DNA from: Octopus bimaculoides
Taxonomy: Eukaryota
Reading direction: 5' to 3'
Length of the DNA: 35,868 nt
NCBI RefSeq assembly: GCF_001194135.2
Contig: NC_068984.1
Span: 130,125,446-130,161,313 of the forward strand
Below, piece after piece: positions 31,850-35,868 of this stretch. The first letter of the stretch is position 1. Every line of letters starts with the position of its first letter. The position numbers were made by a program, and so were the translations under genes. Under the pieces are notes generated by a model. It did no database searches, was not told the DNA's origin, and was given only the letters and a program-made list of their open reading frames with translations.

Positions 31850-33420
31850 TAGACGGAACTTGATTGCCTGGGAAGGCAGTCTGTCTAAGAGGGAGACAAC
31901 TTTGAAATCAAACTTCTACTGTCTTGCGATCACACACGCATTTATGGAAAGTGGTTTGAGGGTAAAAACCTTGAAGGAAGATACGGAGCAGAATGACCTA
32001 AAACAGTCCGATCCCAGTTTGAAAACCACCGCTCTAAAGGATGACCTCCTGGGTGGTGGTTGGCAGTCCGTCGGCTACGACGTCGAGGGTTCCAGTTGAT
32101 CCGATCAACGGAACAGCCTGCTCGTGAAATTAACATGCAAGTGGCTGAGCACTCCACAGGCACGTGTACCCTTAACGTAGTTCTCGGGGATATTCAGCGT
32201 GACACAGTGTGTGACAAGGCTGGCCCTTTGAAATACAGGTAAATAGAAACAGGAAGAAAGAGTGAAAGAAAGTTGTGGTGAAAGAGTACAGCAGGGTTCG
32301 CCACCATCCCCTGCCGGATCCTTGTGGAACTTTAGGTGTTTTCGCTCAATAAACACTCACAACGCCCGGTCTGGGAATCGAAACCGCGATCCTATGACCG
32401 CGAGTCCACTGCCCTAACCACTGGGTCATTGCGCCTCCACACGATGACCTCCTATACAATGCCAAAACAGCTGGACTAGCATATAACCGCAAAAAAAGAT
32501 CTGGATGCGAAACACTCAGCAAACCGTTAAAGATTACGCATGAAGATGTGTTCCGAAGACATAAAGACGACTGTAATATCAATACGAATAACAGCCTCTC
32601 TTTCATTCGTGAACACCACATCACATTACACTTCAAAGGCTATGCATTCGCAACCCAAGAGCCAGAGATGGCAATGAAATAACAAAAGACACGGTGAAGC
32701 CCTTCAAACCCCAAGATACAAGCGACAATATTGATTATGTCACATTTCTGTGGAAGAGATCATACGTGTGATCAGCACCTGCTTGAAAAGGTCATCAGAG
32801 TACTTACTACTCCCCCAATTTGACAACGACGGTGTCGCTAAAACAAGATACAACGCCATCTGAAGCAAAGCTTTTCCTGCGATAGATACAGAGACTATCG
32901 CTGTCATTAAATACATAGATATACATCAATATAATAAATATTGATAGGACTTTCCCATCGAAACTTCTACCAAGTGCAAACATAACAAGCCGGATGTCGT
33001 TGTTTGGGATAGAAAAGGAAAATGCATGTACTTCAATGAGATCGTTTGTTTTGCTCATATGAATATCTCTTCGAAAAATCAAGAGGAAAGGGGATACTTA
33101 CAAGTAACAGCTTCAAAATCTTCAGCTTTCTATGCCCAGATGATCAATTCACATTTATGCCAATAATGATTGGTGCCTTTGGCTTTTCTTAGTAACAAAC
33201 TGCGAAAAGCTCGCGTTCTTAGATAAAGAAATCAACCAGCAAACACACACAGCGAATACAATCTGTAAGCGGAACAATAAAGATAAGCAAAACTTTTCTC
33301 AAGTTCAAAATATGACATTATTTTTTATTATCTACATTCAAACGATGGAGCTTTGTAACTGAGAAACCAGCCTCTTCCTTACAGGAAGACTTCAAATAAT
33401 TAATCACAGAGGAGAAACAC
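31850..33420 (+). mobile_element. RLE-LINE lineage P, long decayed fragment (copy 2) interrupted by SINE C
   Basis: NSLSFIREHHITLHFKGYAFATQEPE; EEIIRVISTCLKR..GVAKTRYNAI; DFPIETSTKCKHNKPDVVVWDRK; MPIMIGAFG; IQSVSGTIKISKTFLKFKI* (stop 33313-33315). The UTR is shared with 19141-19250 and (CATA)n follows. Confidence 0.8.
32051..32442 (-). mobile_element. SINE family C, copy 3, 11-bp TSD
   Basis: Reverse complement of copies 1 and 2, TSD gatgacctcct at 32040-32050 and 32443-32453. Confidence 0.93.
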
Positions 33421-33587
33421 ACATACATACATACATAATTACATACATACATACATACATGCGTACATGCATACATACTTACATGCGTGCATGTATGCAT
33501 GTATGTATGTTATTCTTGCGCTAGTGCGGTTACATAGCTTGACCTTTCGTTGATATGAGGTATCCATTAACTATATTGATTTTTGTG

Positions 33588-33705
33588 TGGAGGGTATAAT
33601 CGATTATATCGACTGGCACTTTTTGTTTTTATCGATCCTGTGATTTGAAATCAGAACGTAGAGGGCCGTAACTAAATATCATCGCTCTAATGATTCCGCC
33701 AACCA
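33588..33705 (-). mobile_element. SINE family A, degenerate and internally deleted
   Basis: aatcgattatatcgac..ttatcgatcc..atttgaaatcagaacgta..ctaatgattccgccaac. Confidence 0.55.
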
Positions 33706-33717
33706 ACCTCCCACAAA

Positions 33718-33932
33718 TCTCTCTCTCTCTCCATCTCTCTCTCTCTCCATCTCTCTCTCTCTCCATCTCTCTCTCTCTCCATCTCTCTCTCTCTCACACA
33801 TTCTCTCTCTCACACTCTCTCTCTCACACTCTCTCTCTCTCACTCTCTCTCAAATCTTTCTCTCCTCTCTCTCTTTCCCTCTCTCTCTCACGCACACCCT
33901 CTATCTATGTCTCTCTCTCTCTCTCTCTCTCA

Positions 33933-33984
<52 letters not shown>

Positions 33985-34288
33985 TTATCTATCTATCTAT
34001 CGTGTGTGTGTGTGTGCGTGCATATATGCATACATATGTATACATATATGCACACGCATACAGACATATGTATACATATGTACATGCATATACATATATA
34101 TATATATGCATATATGTATATGTGTGTATATATTTATGTATGTATATGTAAAAATAATAATAACAATAATATATATATATATATACATATTTATACACTT
34201 GTACATGTACATATGTAGATATATATGTATATATGTGAATACATATATGTATGTATGTATATATACATACATAATTGTACGTATGTAG

Positions 34289-34321
<33 letters not shown>

Positions 34322-34480
34322 CCGACCTATCTACCTGCCTACCTACCTACCTACATACATACATACATACATACATGCATACATATAGACACATACATGC
34401 ACACATACATACACACACACACACTTACATACATACATTCATACATACATACCTACATACATATATTCATACATACTCCA
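33718..34480. repeat. (CT)n with 16-bp higher-order unit, (CTAT)n, (TA)/(CATA)n tracts
   Basis: Directly visible; ctctctctctctccat is repeated about 4 times at the start. Confidence 0.93.
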
Positions 34481-34770
34481 GAAGCAATCTTAGGGGCGCC
34501 ATCGTGACATAAGCCGTATCCTGGGTATTTTTGAAACATGACAGACCACATATCCATGATGTAGGATTGTCGGGATCACATTCACATCACTGACAGTGGC
34601 GTTCTGTTTTACGTCTCTGTAACTTCTCTCTCTTTCTCCCCTCCCTCCCCTCTCTCTCTTTTTCTCTCTCAGTCTATACTTCTACCTATTTCTCTTCTCA
34701 TCATCGACGTGTCTATTAACCAACTCTATTACTCCACGCATCAATGTAGGTCTGTCCATCCATCCTTTTC

Positions 34771-34839
<69 letters not shown>

Positions 34840-35262
34840 ATATATATATATATATCAATCTATAGGTCCGTCCGGCCTGTATGTCTTTCTACATATCTAT
34901 CTATCTGTCTGTCTTTCTGTCTGTCTGCATGTCAATCTCTCTATCTGTCTATCTATGTCTGTCCTAGCCTTTTCATGATGCGCTTGTCAACCTCTTCTCT
35001 CTCTTCAAGNNNNNNNNNNNNNNNNNNNNNNNNNNNNNNNNNNNNNNNNNNNNNNNNNNNNNNNNNNNNNNNNNNNNNNNNNNNNNNNNNNNNNNNNNNN
35101 NNNNNNNNNNNNNNNNNNNNNNNNNNNNNNNNNNNNNNNNNNNNNNNNNNNNNNNNNNNNNNNNNNNNNNNNNNNNNNNNNNNNNNNNNNNNNNNNNNNN
35201 NNNNNNNNNNNNNNNNNNNNNNNNNNNNNNNNNNNNNNNNNNNNNNNNNNNNNNNNNNNNNN

Positions 35263-35298
<36 letters not shown>

Positions 35299-35448
35299 CA
35301 CACATATACGTATACATATATACCTATATACACCCTTATGAATTTGTGTTATATATATATATAATATGTATATATATAATCACACACACACACACACACA
35401 CACATATATAATCATATATATTTATATATTCATGCAGATTATATATAT

Positions 35449-35500
<52 letters not shown>

Positions 35501-35519
35501 TTATATATGTATAAGAGTG

Positions 35520-35558
<39 letters not shown>

Positions 35559-35868
35559 TCAGATATGTATAAGAGTGTGTATATATATACATACATGCAT
35601 ACGCATCGCGCGCGCATGTGTATGTATGCGTATGTGCGTGTATATATGTGTGTGTGTGTGTGTGTGTGTATCTGTCTACTTGCTGCCTACCAAGTTATTT
35701 TTCTCCTGCCTTATTTGTCGCTGTCGTGTCACGTTGTATAAACTACACACGGATGGTAAGCGTTGGGTGGTGGTGGTGGCCGTGGCGGTGGTACGGGGTG
35801 ACAGCAGTCTCAATGGCTGGAGGTGGCGGTGGTGATAGTAGTGGTGGTGGTGGTGGTGGTGGTGGTGG
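35263..35868. repeat. TA/CA/TG tracts with a short duplication, and terminal (GGT)n
   Basis: tacatataat..atatgtataagagtgt occurs twice about 59 bp apart; degenerate (GGT)n from about 35765. Confidence 0.88.

Noticed and set aside
35765-35868. (GGT)n and the 12-bp GC repeat at 17306 as G-quadruplex elements
   Set aside because: Only two-G runs, common microsatellites, nothing specific.

Overview
Repeat-saturated, apparently non-coding (intergenic or intronic) animal DNA from a gapped draft assembly with 8 N-runs. The SINE families and extreme microsatellite load look like an octopus/coleoid cephalopod genome; this is my inference and no search was run. I recognise no host protein-coding exon, tRNA/rRNA gene or CRISPR array, and most long ORFs in the track are microsatellite or N-gap artefacts. 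Supported content: (i) four tRNA-derived SINE families (my labels A, B, C, E; about 23 copies, several with target-site duplications); (ii) at least 7 decayed coding fragments of restriction-like-endonuclease (R4/Dong-like) non-LTR retrotransposons from 5 lineages (X, Y, Z, W, P), all on +, most ending in a lineage-specific microsatellite; (iii) RTE-like and L1/Tx1-like LINE remnants; (iv) a decayed Tc1 (DD34E) transposon, a hAT-type MITE and two Helentron/HINE-like elements; (v) many micro- and minisatellites. The best leads are a 5-kb chain of elements strung on (TAA)n tracts, an RLE-LINE lineage ending in (CATA)n, two non-canonical hammerhead-like motifs, modular or chimeric SINE architecture and a headless fold-back SINE dimer. 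I see no convincing novel gene system.
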